From Tepidisphaeraceae bacterium (GTDB lineage Bacteria; Planctomycetota; Phycisphaerae; Tepidisphaerales; Tepidisphaeraceae), in assembly GCA_036490535.1 (NCBI GenBank), contig DASXDR010000030.1:15467-79466 (forward strand): 64,000 nucleotides of DNA, given 5' to 3'. Under the pieces are notes generated by a model, which was given only the letters and a program-made list of their open reading frames with translations, ran no database searches and was not told where the DNA came from. The position numbers and the translations under genes were made by a program. This document shows positions 10,601 through 18,509 of the stretch, one piece after another; the stretch's first letter is position 1; every line of letters starts with the position of its first letter.

Positions 10601-10738
10601 GAACTGATTCATCCCCGCGTTGGTGAACAGCAGCGTGGGATCATCCATCGGCACCACGGGAGAGCTGGGCACGAAGGTGTGGCCGTGCTTCTGGACAAAA
10701 AAATCAATGAACTGCTGGCGGATTTCTTGGGAAGTCAT
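7673..10738 (-). CDS. alaS: Alanine--tRNA ligase (long form, 1021 aa)
   Basis: Class II core motifs (FTNAGMNQFK, WEMGDTGPCGPCTEI), editing-domain HTTTHL/CGGTH, and a C-terminal DHHA1-like GGGGG region. Confidence 0.95.
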   Translation of the reverse strand: MTSQEIRQQFIDFFVQKHGHTFVPSSPVVPMDDPTLLFTNAGMNQFKPIFLGQEKRTYTRAANTQKCIRAGGKHNDLDDVGRSRRHGTFFEMLGNWSFGDYFKRGAIEMAWQLLTEVWKMDPTRLHVTCFEGDEKNGVPRDTEAAQLWKEIAGLSDHQIHYFAAKDNFWEMGDTGPCGPCTEINIDRRPQSEIDADRAAGRRAPVNGDDPRVMEFWNLVFIQYNRNPDRSLTPLPAQHVDTGMGFERICSILQDKSDMYGIDLFHPFWQVLSDLSGRKYAGTYPKTNAPDPAAEAADAQLRTDIAFRVIADHIRSLTFALTDGAVPSNEGRGYVLRRILRRAVRFGRQQLELKEPFLHKLVPVLVDAMGGAFPELRKNPMRVVDLIREEEISFGKTLDRGLVLFEDAVTWAIGRDYAKRVNSEVTAAIGGGFSERSIEVKDITGFHSVVNLKDAIDSLRTVGIVSSIPATDAFKLHDTYGFPIDLTRIMAEERGMTVDLAGYEKLMEQAKELARAGGKTDEGKKLSELPPAILADLAKQGIKPTDDSAKFSAEPISAQVLAIWNGDDLGSSPIDAGDDEQIAIILDRTNFYAEMGGQVGDTGTLTAPTSLDLGDKARASASVFDVETTKIVGGFILHIGRLRSGKIAVGEKVTAAVADKRSLTQKNHTTTHLANWALREVLGEEVQQKGSLVDPEKLRFDFSHGKSMSDDELARVETLVNQRIVEKLAVYAETAPQEKALKIHGLRAVFGEKYPPMVRVVSVGVPVKDLLADPTHQKWRQYSIEFCGGTHLGNSCDAEKFIITAEESVSKGIRRIVALTGPAAVSASQIADEVERAISQARQATDSSIPQQLANLQKLSNSENLALRTKRHLHTAIADLQSKYKAWEKSQRGPASKLDLGAIADNLLQQASDAGGAKIIVADIPDATNEQVLGIIDSLRKRLTSYGILLATASDGKVNFVSVVSDDLIAKGLKAGDWVKEAAKVTGGGGGGRPNMAQAGGKDPAKLPDALVAARAFAERFK

Positions 10739-10757
10739 AATGAATCAAATCAATAGA

Positions 10758-10838
10758 AACCACAGATGAACGCAGATGCACACAGATAAATGCAATTCAG
10801 CTTTTCTTATCTGTGTGCATCCGTGTTCATCTGTGGTT
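10758..10838. repeat. AACCAC...GTGGTT-clamped periodic-word palindrome (copy A3, word CAGATG)
   Basis: AACCACAGATGAACGCAGATGCACACAGATAA ... TTATCTGTGTGCATCCGTGTTCATCTGTGGTT. The arms are complementary except at 2 of 32 positions. Confidence 0.9.
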
Positions 10839-10843
10839 AACTC

Positions 10844-11638
10844 TTATAGGCCAACCGTGTTGAATCCCGCGTCGACGAAAATATTTTCGCCGGTCACGCC
10901 GCTGGAAAGATCGCTGAGCAGATAGACGGCGGTTTTGCCGACTTCGTCGGCGTCGATATTGCGATGCAGCGGGGCTTTCTTTTCGACGTGGGCGAACATT
11001 TCATCGATGCCGCCAACGGCCATTGCTGATAAGGTTTTCACGGGGCCGGCGGAGAGGGTATTCACACGGATATTTTTGCTGCCGAGATCGAAAGCAAGAT
11101 AGCGGGCACATGATTCGAGGGCACTCTTGGCGACGCCCATGATGTTGTAGCCGGGCACGACCTGGTTCGCGCCGAGATAGGTCAGGGCGATGATCGAGCC
11201 GCCGTTGGGCATGAGGGGCACCGCAGCGCGAGATAAAGCGATCAGGCTATAGGCGCTGATATCTAGGGCCTGGGCAAATACATCGCGGGGGGTGTTGGTG
11301 AAAACGCCGTATTCTTTTTTCAGATAATCGCGATTCGCGAAGGCCAGGGAGTGGACGAGAAAATCAATCGTGCCGAATTGCTCGCGGGCTGCTGCGAAGA
11401 ACGTTTCAATCGACGCATCGTTTGATACATCGCACTGATGCAGCCAGGCATTGCCATAGCCGTTCTCTTCCATCGCCTTGCTCACGCGTCGTTTGGATTT
11501 CTCGGCATCGCCCATGGGCAGAAACCCGAAGCCGCAGGTGGCGCCCTGCTTGATCGCATTGTTGGCGATATGCGTGGCGATGCTGCGATCGTTGGCGATG
11601 TTGAGAATCAGACCTTTTTTGCCTTGCAATAGCGACAT
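10844..11638 (-). CDS. fabI: Enoyl-[acyl-carrier-protein] reductase (NADH)
   Basis: 264 aa SDR-like protein with FabI-type Y-x6-K (PGYNIMGVAKSALE) and an N-terminal GKKGLILNIANDRSIA. Confidence 0.9.
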   Translation of the reverse strand: MSLLQGKKGLILNIANDRSIATHIANNAIKQGATCGFGFLPMGDAEKSKRRVSKAMEENGYGNAWLHQCDVSNDASIETFFAAAREQFGTIDFLVHSLAFANRDYLKKEYGVFTNTPRDVFAQALDISAYSLIALSRAAVPLMPNGGSIIALTYLGANQVVPGYNIMGVAKSALESCARYLAFDLGSKNIRVNTLSAGPVKTLSAMAVGGIDEMFAHVEKKAPLHRNIDADEVGKTAVYLLSDLSSGVTGENIFVDAGFNTVGL

Positions 11639-11660
11639 GGCCGCTCCTTGAAAATTCGAC

Positions 11661-11733
<73 letters not shown>

Positions 11734-11809
11734 GAAACCATCCGCCGAGATTGTCGGCGGGGGAAACACTATAGGGGGAAGCGGCAAATTCCTCAAATGG
11801 AAGCTGGCA

Positions 11810-11915
11810 CAGTCCGTTGTCAGTGGTCCGTTGTCCGTTGTCCGTTGTTAGATGGTTCGCAATACGCCCAGGCATAGCGAACGCTGTCTCAACAACGAAC
11901 AACTGACAACGGACC
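11810..11915. repeat. GTCCGTT-word inverted repeat next to tRNA-Lys
   Basis: CAGTCCGTTGTCAGTGGTCCGTTGTCCGTTGTCCGTTGTTA ... CAACAACGAACAACTGACAACGGAC, with an inner GTTCGC/GCGAAC stem. Confidence 0.75.
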
Positions 11916-11986
11916 ATAGATTATGCCTCATTTGTTGCATTGCAGGCATAATGGTCTTAGAACCACGGCAAAAGGAGACAACCACC

Positions 11987-12751
11987 ATGGCCAATGCCGT
12001 TTTGGGCGCACAGCTTTACACCCTTCGCGAATTCATGAAAACTCCGGCTGATATCGCCAAATCGTTGAAAAAAGTTCGGCAGATGGGTTACCAGACTGTG
12101 CAGGTTTCCGGCATCGGACCGATCGATCCTAAAGAGCTGAAAAAAATCCTGGATGGTGAAGGCTTGAAATGCGTGGTCACGCATGTGGCGCTGGATCGGA
12201 TGAAAAACGAAACCCAGAAGGTGATCGACGATCATCAATTGTGGGGATGCAAATACACTGCTGTCGGGGGATTTTTTCCTACGCAAGCGGGCAAGCAGGA
12301 TTGGATCAACTGGGCGACTGACTACAACGATGTCGGCAAAAAGCTCGCGGCTGGCGGGTTGCAGCTCGGCTATCACAACCATTCCCACGAGCTGACGCAT
12401 TACGATGGCAAGCCCGCTCTGCAGATCATGCTCGATCATTTCTCTCCGCAAATCTGGATGGAGATCGACACTTACTGGATCCAGCATGGCGGTGGTGATC
12501 CGGTGGCCTGGATCAACAAAGTTGCGGGGCGACTCCCCTGCGTGCATCTCAAAGACATGGCTATCACCCTGCAGCGCGAGCAGCAGATGGCTGAAGTGGG
12601 CGAAGGGAATATGAATTGGCCTGCGATTCTGGATGCGTGCAAAAAAGCTGGCGTGGAGTGGTATCTGGTGGAGCAGGATATCTGCCAACGCGATCCGTTT
12701 GAATCGTTGGCGATGAGTTATCGCAATTTGCATGCGATGGGATTGGAATAA
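11987..12751 (+). CDS. Sugar phosphate isomerase/epimerase (xylose isomerase-like TIM barrel)
   Basis: I place the start at the ATG at 11987, preceded by AAAGGAG. The longer ORF from 11852 would translate the repeat element. The family call rests on overall sequence resemblance. Confidence 0.7.
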   Translation: MANAVLGAQLYTLREFMKTPADIAKSLKKVRQMGYQTVQVSGIGPIDPKELKKILDGEGLKCVVTHVALDRMKNETQKVIDDHQLWGCKYTAVGGFFPTQAGKQDWINWATDYNDVGKKLAAGGLQLGYHNHSHELTHYDGKPALQIMLDHFSPQIWMEIDTYWIQHGGGDPVAWINKVAGRLPCVHLKDMAITLQREQQMAEVGEGNMNWPAILDACKKAGVEWYLVEQDICQRDPFESLAMSYRNLHAMGLE

Positions 12752-12855
12752 CAAATCAGGGACAAGGGAAATAGGAAATCCCAAATCCTTTGCGGGCTAC
12801 CCGCTTCAGCGGCTAGCGAATTCATTCGTCAAATTCGTGTCCACTCGCCTGTTGT

Positions 12856-14157
12856 TCAAAACGGCATCTGCTTCCCCAGCAAATGAAATCGCAACATGCT
12901 CAGCGCCATTTTTGCAGAGCGATCGCGCACGTCTTCGCGATCTCCTGTAAATGTGAACGTGCGCGTATTAAATAATGATTCGGAATAACGCTCGGCCTTT
13001 GGAACATTCGGCTTGCCATACGCCAAACAAATACAAACCGTGCCGACGGGCTTCGTGGGTGTCCCTCCATCCGGCCCTGCGATGCCGCTGATGCTGAGGG
13101 CGAAATCTGCTTTGGCTAAACGCCGCGCGTTTCTCGCTAAATGCTCCACGACTGGCTCGGAAACCGCGCCGTAAATATTCAAAATTTCGGTTGGCACACC
13201 AAGGCGATCATGCTTGGCTAGATTGGAATAGACCACCCACCCCTGCGCGAAATAACGGCTTGAGCCTGAAATATCGGTAAGCATTTTCGCGAGCAAACCA
13301 CCAGTGCAGGATTCAGCTGTGGTAATCGTCTGCTTTTCTTCTAGCAACTTGGAAAGAACCATGGGCAGAGATTCATCGCCTTCGCCGAAGATCAAATCTC
13401 CGAGGGCGGCTCGGCAGGCTTCTTCCGTGGTATGCAACTCACTGTCGGCAATCGCTCGATCGGCAAATCGAGCGTTCAATCGGAGCGATACCAATCCATT
13501 GGCAACCGTGGTGCCCACTGAAGGATTACGATTGCGGTTCATCAAATCGCCGAGCTTTTCGCCGATGGTCGATTCGCCCAGCCCGAATGTATGCAGCGTT
13601 TTGGAAAGGATCACGCCCTGGCCACTGTGCTGCTTCGAATATGGAAGCACATAACTGCTGAACATTCCTTTCATTTCGCGCGGCACGCCGGGCATGACGA
13701 AAATTTTGCAATTGGTTTTCTTATCTGCCGACTGATAATCGGCATCCATCCCCGCTGCCGTGCCAACCGGATTATCAATCGCTTTCACGCCGCGCGGAAT
13801 CATTGCCTGAATGCGATTCGTCGGTGGCATGGTGCGATTCAGTCGTTTAAAAAATTCTTCCAGCTTGGCCAGGCACTGCGAATCTTCTTCCAGCGGTTCT
13901 TCCAGAATCTCTGCCAGTGCAAATCGCGTCCGGTCATCCTCCGTCGGGCCAATTCCTCCGCTAACCAATAGCACCTCGCATCGTCCAACAGATTCCAGCA
14001 TTGCCTGCGCAATGTCCGTCTGGCTATCGCCCACGGTAATATGCGCGACGACGGGAATTCCCAGACCAGCCAACTCCCGGCTCATCCACGCGGAATTCGT
14101 ATCCACGGTTTGCCCCAGCACCAGCTCATCGCCCGTTGATAAAATAATCGCGTTCAT
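12856..14157 (-). CDS. cinA: Competence/damage-inducible protein CinA (MoCF-binding domain plus nicotinamide-nucleotide amidohydrolase PncC domain)
   Basis: MNAIILSTGDELVLGQTVDTNSAWMS... N-terminus and a C-terminal TAESCTGG motif. The start at 14157 is preceded by GGAGG. Confidence 0.88.
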   Translation of the reverse strand: MNAIILSTGDELVLGQTVDTNSAWMSRELAGLGIPVVAHITVGDSQTDIAQAMLESVGRCEVLLVSGGIGPTEDDRTRFALAEILEEPLEEDSQCLAKLEEFFKRLNRTMPPTNRIQAMIPRGVKAIDNPVGTAAGMDADYQSADKKTNCKIFVMPGVPREMKGMFSSYVLPYSKQHSGQGVILSKTLHTFGLGESTIGEKLGDLMNRNRNPSVGTTVANGLVSLRLNARFADRAIADSELHTTEEACRAALGDLIFGEGDESLPMVLSKLLEEKQTITTAESCTGGLLAKMLTDISGSSRYFAQGWVVYSNLAKHDRLGVPTEILNIYGAVSEPVVEHLARNARRLAKADFALSISGIAGPDGGTPTKPVGTVCICLAYGKPNVPKAERYSESLFNTRTFTFTGDREDVRDRSAKMALSMLRFHLLGKQMPF

Positions 14158-14174
14158 AGTCCTCCGATTTAACC

Positions 14175-14198
14175 GGCGGTGGCACTTCAGTGCCACTG
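14175..14198. repeat. Short TTCA-loop hairpin repeat GGCGGTGGCACTTCAGTGCCACTG
   Basis: Stem GTGGCAC/GTGCCAC with loop TTCA, in the hrpA-like/cinA gap. A 23/24-identical copy lies at 31217-31240. Confidence 0.75.
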
Positions 14199-14202
14199 CT
14201 AA

Positions 14203-16542
14203 TCATCTCACCAACTCTTCCCAGTGCGCCTCAAGACGTTTGCTCGAAATCGGGACCGAAGTCTTCAGCTCCTGCGCAAAGAGCGAGACGCGGAATTCCT
14301 CCAGCAGCCAGCGGAATTCATCCATTGCGGGATCGACGCTTCCCTTGGCTTTCAGCTCCTGCTTCCGCTTTTGATATTTTTCTTCCCATTCCCGGACCTC
14401 CATCAGGTTCTGCAGATCGCGCACCGCTCCGGCACTGCGCAGTTTTTTCAGCCGCATTTGCATACCTGATAAAAAACGTGGCAAATGCACGAGCCAATTG
14501 AATGGCGTTGTGGTCACAAAATCAGCTGGTATTAGTCGTTGCAAATGCCGTCGCATATCCTCAATCGATTCACGCAGCATGGGCGGCGATGGCTTTTGCA
14601 ATTCCAGCGAAAGCTCATGAAATGTCGCCAGTGCGGGATTCACCACGGCCTGAATCTCGCTCGCCGCCGCCGACAAAAATCTCCACCCCGCCTCGGCCCG
14701 CTCGATGAATTCCAAACGCGTGCGCACATAAGGGCGATACCCAAACAGCGCCCGATCCGCCGCCGCCCGGCTGATCTGTTCGCGCAATTGATCGCACGGT
14801 CCCAACGGCGCGTAATAAAGGCAAAGCTGCTCAATATTAGCGATCGATTGCTCGAGGTAATTCACTTCCTTGTGGAGTTGGACCATGAATAGTCGAACCA
14901 ATCCCGAGCGCATGGCAACTGCTGCAGCTTCGGGAGAATCGAATAATCGCAGTGAAACGCTCGTGCCTTGGTCCACCAGAGCGGGATAACCATTGAGCGT
15001 CAACCCCGCGTGGCGAATCTCCACACTCGGCGGAATATCGCCAAAATCCCAGCGGCTGAGCTTATCGCGATTCCACTGGGATGAGGGCAATGTCGCGAAA
15101 GCGGCTTTGGCTTTGACGCCAAGAAATTCTCGAATCGCTCGCAAATCTCGCCCGATCGATACTGCATTCCCCGCACTATCGACAATGCAGAAATTCATCT
15201 TCAAATGCACCGGCATGTCGGCCACATCAAAATCCTGCACACGCACCGTTACGCCCGCCGTTCGGCCCAGGTAATCCGCCAATGCACGGCGAAGAGAAAC
15301 ATCCGGTGCCGTCCACGTATTTTCTTCCCTCCCCTTGTACTCAGGGGGAGGTGTAGGGAGGGGGTTAGAAATAAGTGCTGAATTCTGAACGCTGAACGAT
15401 GAAGAAGAGGGTAGCGGAAGTTCCCTCTTCTCGTACCCAGCGTTATGCTTAAGGTCTGAGCCTTTCAGCGTTCCACGTTCAGCGTTCAGCGTTCTCTCAT
15501 CACCCCCACCCCTACCCTCCTCCTGAGTACAAGGGGAGGGGATATGCCCACTAGCTAGCTCTTTGTATGCCTTTTCCGCCACCTCCGGCACTGGCACGAA
15601 CAACACCCGCAGCGTCTTAGGCAACGACCGAATCAACCAATCGATCTTCTCTTTCAACTGCCCCGGCACCAGCCATTCGAACGGCTCAACGGCCAACTGA
15701 TTCAGCGCCGCCAGCGGCACCACCGCCGTGATCCCATCATCCTCCTGTCCCAATTTAAACTGATATTCCAGTGCGTTCTTTACGCCCCCCGCATCCAAAA
15801 AGTCCGGATACAGCGACTGATCAATCGCGAATCCTTCTGACACCAGCATATCCTTCAATTCCATGCGGAGCAGATTCGGCTCCGTCTTCTCAATCTCCCG
15901 TCGCCACTGCTCAAAGCGCGGCCCATCGTAAACGTCTGCCGGTAGCCGCGTATGGTAAAACGCAAATCGATGCGCTGGATCGACCAGCAAATCTTCTCGC
16001 CGGGTCTTGGCTTCCAATAGCAACACCGAATCGAGCAAATCCAGATTGCTCAAGATTGAATCCGCTGACGTTTTGAAATCCCCCATCACGAGTGCATGTT
16101 GAATAAAAATCTCCCGGCTCGTGCGCGGATCGATCGGCCCATAATGCACCGTCCGCCGCGGCACGATCACCAGTCCGCGCAGCATGACCTTTTCATACGC
16201 CACTACATGCGCACTCGGCGCTTGCCAGTGCGGCTCGGAATACGTCTTCTTAATCAGATGCCCCGCCGCCCTTTCAATCCACTCCGGGCGAATCGTCGCG
16301 ACCGTGCGCGCATACAGTTTCGTCGTCTCTACCAATTCCCCCGCCATGATCCAGGTGGGATTCGCTTTGAATAACGCCGATCCCGGAAAGATCGAAAATT
16401 TCGTCCCGCGCGTCCCCGTATATTCGTGCTGCAATCCCCGCTCGCCAATGTTCGATAGCAATCCCGTCAGCAGCGCGCGATGAATCGCTTCTTCTCGAGC
16501 AGTAGGCTTGTGCGAACTTTCACGTGGTTTCGTCCGTTGCAC
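14203..16542 (-). CDS. HrpA-like protein containing only the OB-fold and C-terminal DUF3418 region; no DEAH helicase core
   Basis: 779 aa. From residue about 17 (EEAIHRALLTGLLSNIGERG...YTGTRGTKFSIFPGSALF...ELVETTKLYARTVATIRPEWIE...YSEPHW) it follows the middle and C-terminal part of E. coli HrpA as I recall it. GTG start at 16542, with an in-frame TAG at 16552-16554. Confidence 0.75.
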   Translation of the reverse strand: MQRTKPRESSHKPTAREEAIHRALLTGLLSNIGERGLQHEYTGTRGTKFSIFPGSALFKANPTWIMAGELVETTKLYARTVATIRPEWIERAAGHLIKKTYSEPHWQAPSAHVVAYEKVMLRGLVIVPRRTVHYGPIDPRTSREIFIQHALVMGDFKTSADSILSNLDLLDSVLLLEAKTRREDLLVDPAHRFAFYHTRLPADVYDGPRFEQWRREIEKTEPNLLRMELKDMLVSEGFAIDQSLYPDFLDAGGVKNALEYQFKLGQEDDGITAVVPLAALNQLAVEPFEWLVPGQLKEKIDWLIRSLPKTLRVLFVPVPEVAEKAYKELASGHIPSPCTQEEGRGGGDERTLNAERGTLKGSDLKHNAGYEKRELPLPSSSSFSVQNSALISNPLPTPPPEYKGREENTWTAPDVSLRRALADYLGRTAGVTVRVQDFDVADMPVHLKMNFCIVDSAGNAVSIGRDLRAIREFLGVKAKAAFATLPSSQWNRDKLSRWDFGDIPPSVEIRHAGLTLNGYPALVDQGTSVSLRLFDSPEAAAVAMRSGLVRLFMVQLHKEVNYLEQSIANIEQLCLYYAPLGPCDQLREQISRAAADRALFGYRPYVRTRLEFIERAEAGWRFLSAAASEIQAVVNPALATFHELSLELQKPSPPMLRESIEDMRRHLQRLIPADFVTTTPFNWLVHLPRFLSGMQMRLKKLRSAGAVRDLQNLMEVREWEEKYQKRKQELKAKGSVDPAMDEFRWLLEEFRVSLFAQELKTSVPISSKRLEAHWEELVR
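15327..15541. repeat. About 215-bp nested palindrome lying in-frame inside the hrpA-like CDS
   Basis: Outer arms CCTCCCCTTGTACTCAGGGGGAGGTGTAGGGAGGGGGT / ACCCCCACCCCTACCCTCCTCCTGAGTACAAGGGGAGG. Inner TGAACGC-word arms. Central AGAAGAGGG...CCCTCTTCT stem. Confidence 0.85.
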
Positions 16543-16668
16543 GGCATCATTCTAGGGCGGATTAAATTTTCGTGTAGTGAAAGATTGGGCGATTAAATCA
16601 CAGGTCGTACACCCGCCGCCTTGCGACGCCGCAATATCAAAATATGGCCCCCCTTCTCACCCGATTTT

Positions 16669-18450
16669 CTACCGCACTGCAAACGTATCCGGCAGCGTGC
16701 TCGCATCGATCACATCGGCTGGCACATGAACCGCCGTGATCTCCGCCAATATCTCCCAACCTGCATCCACGGGCGTCCCGATGCGAATTGTGCGAATCGC
16801 CTGCCGCTGGCGCTTGATATCATATTCCAGCTCATAACTCCCGAGCAGTGACGGCGAGCTGCTCGCCCCCGGCTCGCTCGACGGCGGCAGCGTGTAAATA
16901 CTCACATCCACTATCCCGTGCGCGGTGATATTCCCCGAATTCAAAATCGGCACGGCGATTTGCGTTGTGCTATGCGTAAGAAACGACGGGCTCGAAGTCG
17001 CTACGCCAGAAAGATTGATCTCAGGCGGCGAAATCGTTTCGGTAATCGGCGAGATATATGTTGCCCCGCTGATGGCGATCAGCGAAGGCCCGGTCGCCAC
17101 CGCGAAAATATAATATTGCCCCGCCTGCGTAACCTGCGAGTATACAAAGTGCACTTTCACTGCTTTGTTTCGATCCGACTTGATCTCCAGCGCAGCTTCG
17201 CCTGTACCCAGGAATGTCGCATCCGCGGTATTCGCAGAATCTGTGGTCGAAGCATAAAGATCGACCTGCACACTGCCGGTTTCCATGAGCGAACCCGTAT
17301 TGCTCAATTGCACATGCGCCAATCCATTTTTCGGCAAGACATTGGTGCTGGAACTCGGGTTGTTAGGCTTGGGAAGCCGCCCTATATCAATTCGCGAAAC
17401 CTTCACCGCTGCGATCGGCAGCACCGTGGCGCTGACATTCACTGCAACAACGTCATTGCTCCCGTCGTTTACGAAAAAAATGATATTTCCCGCCGACTTG
17501 CCCGGTTTCACATCAGCAGGATCGAACGTAATGGTAAAGGTCGCATGCACGTGATCACTGTTGACCACAGGGATCGAAGCCGAAAATCCGGCTGGATTAT
17601 TCGTCACATTTTGCGGTATCAACGGCGGAAACACTCCCGACGTATTTCCGCCTGCAATTGATACAGCGAGCACGCCAGTGGAAGAATACGCAACGGAATA
17701 GACCAACAGGCCCGAGGAGACATACCAGAAGCTACCGACGTTTTCGACTTGAATAGTGGCATGTTTTTTCAGCGACACTCCATACGCAGCAAATGCCTGC
17801 CGTAAAGTGGTAGTCACTTTAATATTTGTGTCGGTGTTGGTGTTTGTATCGAGGCTCGCAATCAACGCCGAAATCGATGGAGCGTTGCCCTTCGCTCCAG
17901 TTCCCTTCGGATCGACCACAAAATGATATCGCGTGACAGCCAGGTTGCCGTCAACCACATCGATCAAATAATATTGATTCCCGTTTTTCACCAGCCATTC
18001 CGAGCCGGTGGCTTCCGTTACAACGAGCGCATTTTTGGAGAGCGTAATACCTTCGCTCGCAAATTGCTTAATCAAATCCGCTCCGCCCTGATCGACGCTG
18101 CCACTTTGCAGTGAGGCAATATCTTTAGCCTGATTGCTCTTAATTGTCAGGACAGATCCGTCCGTCTCGTGATTGGGAAGTTGCGGATTGCCTTGCGTGT
18201 AATAAAGCGAAATCGTCTTAGTGATCGATTCGCCATTCTGGGCAAAGCTGCCAAAACCCAGCACTGCATCTCGCGACAGGATTTTGCCCTGATATGAAAC
18301 CTGAATAAAAGGATCCTGATACAGTTCCTGCGCAGGCGGCGCATTTCCCGGAGATGGAGATGTCGTCGTAGCTGCTGCAACGACCGCGCTCAGTAATCTG
18401 CGGCTCTCCAGCGGCTCCATCATATTCATCGAATTTCTCGCTCGGCCCAT
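16669..18450 (-). CDS. Secreted hypothetical protein with an ESRRLLS-type N-terminus
   Basis: 593 aa. N-terminus ...MEPLESRRLLSAVVAAATT. The rest is Thr/Ser/Val/Asn-rich and looks beta-rich. Exact start uncertain. Confidence 0.65.
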   Translation of the reverse strand: MGRARNSMNMMEPLESRRLLSAVVAAATTTSPSPGNAPPAQELYQDPFIQVSYQGKILSRDAVLGFGSFAQNGESITKTISLYYTQGNPQLPNHETDGSVLTIKSNQAKDIASLQSGSVDQGGADLIKQFASEGITLSKNALVVTEATGSEWLVKNGNQYYLIDVVDGNLAVTRYHFVVDPKGTGAKGNAPSISALIASLDTNTNTDTNIKVTTTLRQAFAAYGVSLKKHATIQVENVGSFWYVSSGLLVYSVAYSSTGVLAVSIAGGNTSGVFPPLIPQNVTNNPAGFSASIPVVNSDHVHATFTITFDPADVKPGKSAGNIIFFVNDGSNDVVAVNVSATVLPIAAVKVSRIDIGRLPKPNNPSSSTNVLPKNGLAHVQLSNTGSLMETGSVQVDLYASTTDSANTADATFLGTGEAALEIKSDRNKAVKVHFVYSQVTQAGQYYIFAVATGPSLIAISGATYISPITETISPPEINLSGVATSSPSFLTHSTTQIAVPILNSGNITAHGIVDVSIYTLPPSSEPGASSSPSLLGSYELEYDIKRQRQAIRTIRIGTPVDAGWEILAEITAVHVPADVIDASTLPDTFAVR

Positions 18451-18509
18451 GGAGGGCGATACACTACGGCAGCATTACTTGAAATGCAAAACCGTTTGCG
18501 GTCTAACCT

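Noticed and set aside
11852-11986. N-terminal extensions in the ORF track that run through repeat elements. Examples: 11852 for the isomerase, 60492 for DUF72, 40558 for the lipoprotein, 29273 for the transposase, 50165 for lon, 53799 for the MFS transporter and 59865 for ubiX.
   Set aside because: In each case an internal ATG with a better ribosome-binding site or a canonical family N-terminus exists. The extension would translate palindromic or antisense sequence, or overlap the neighbouring gene.
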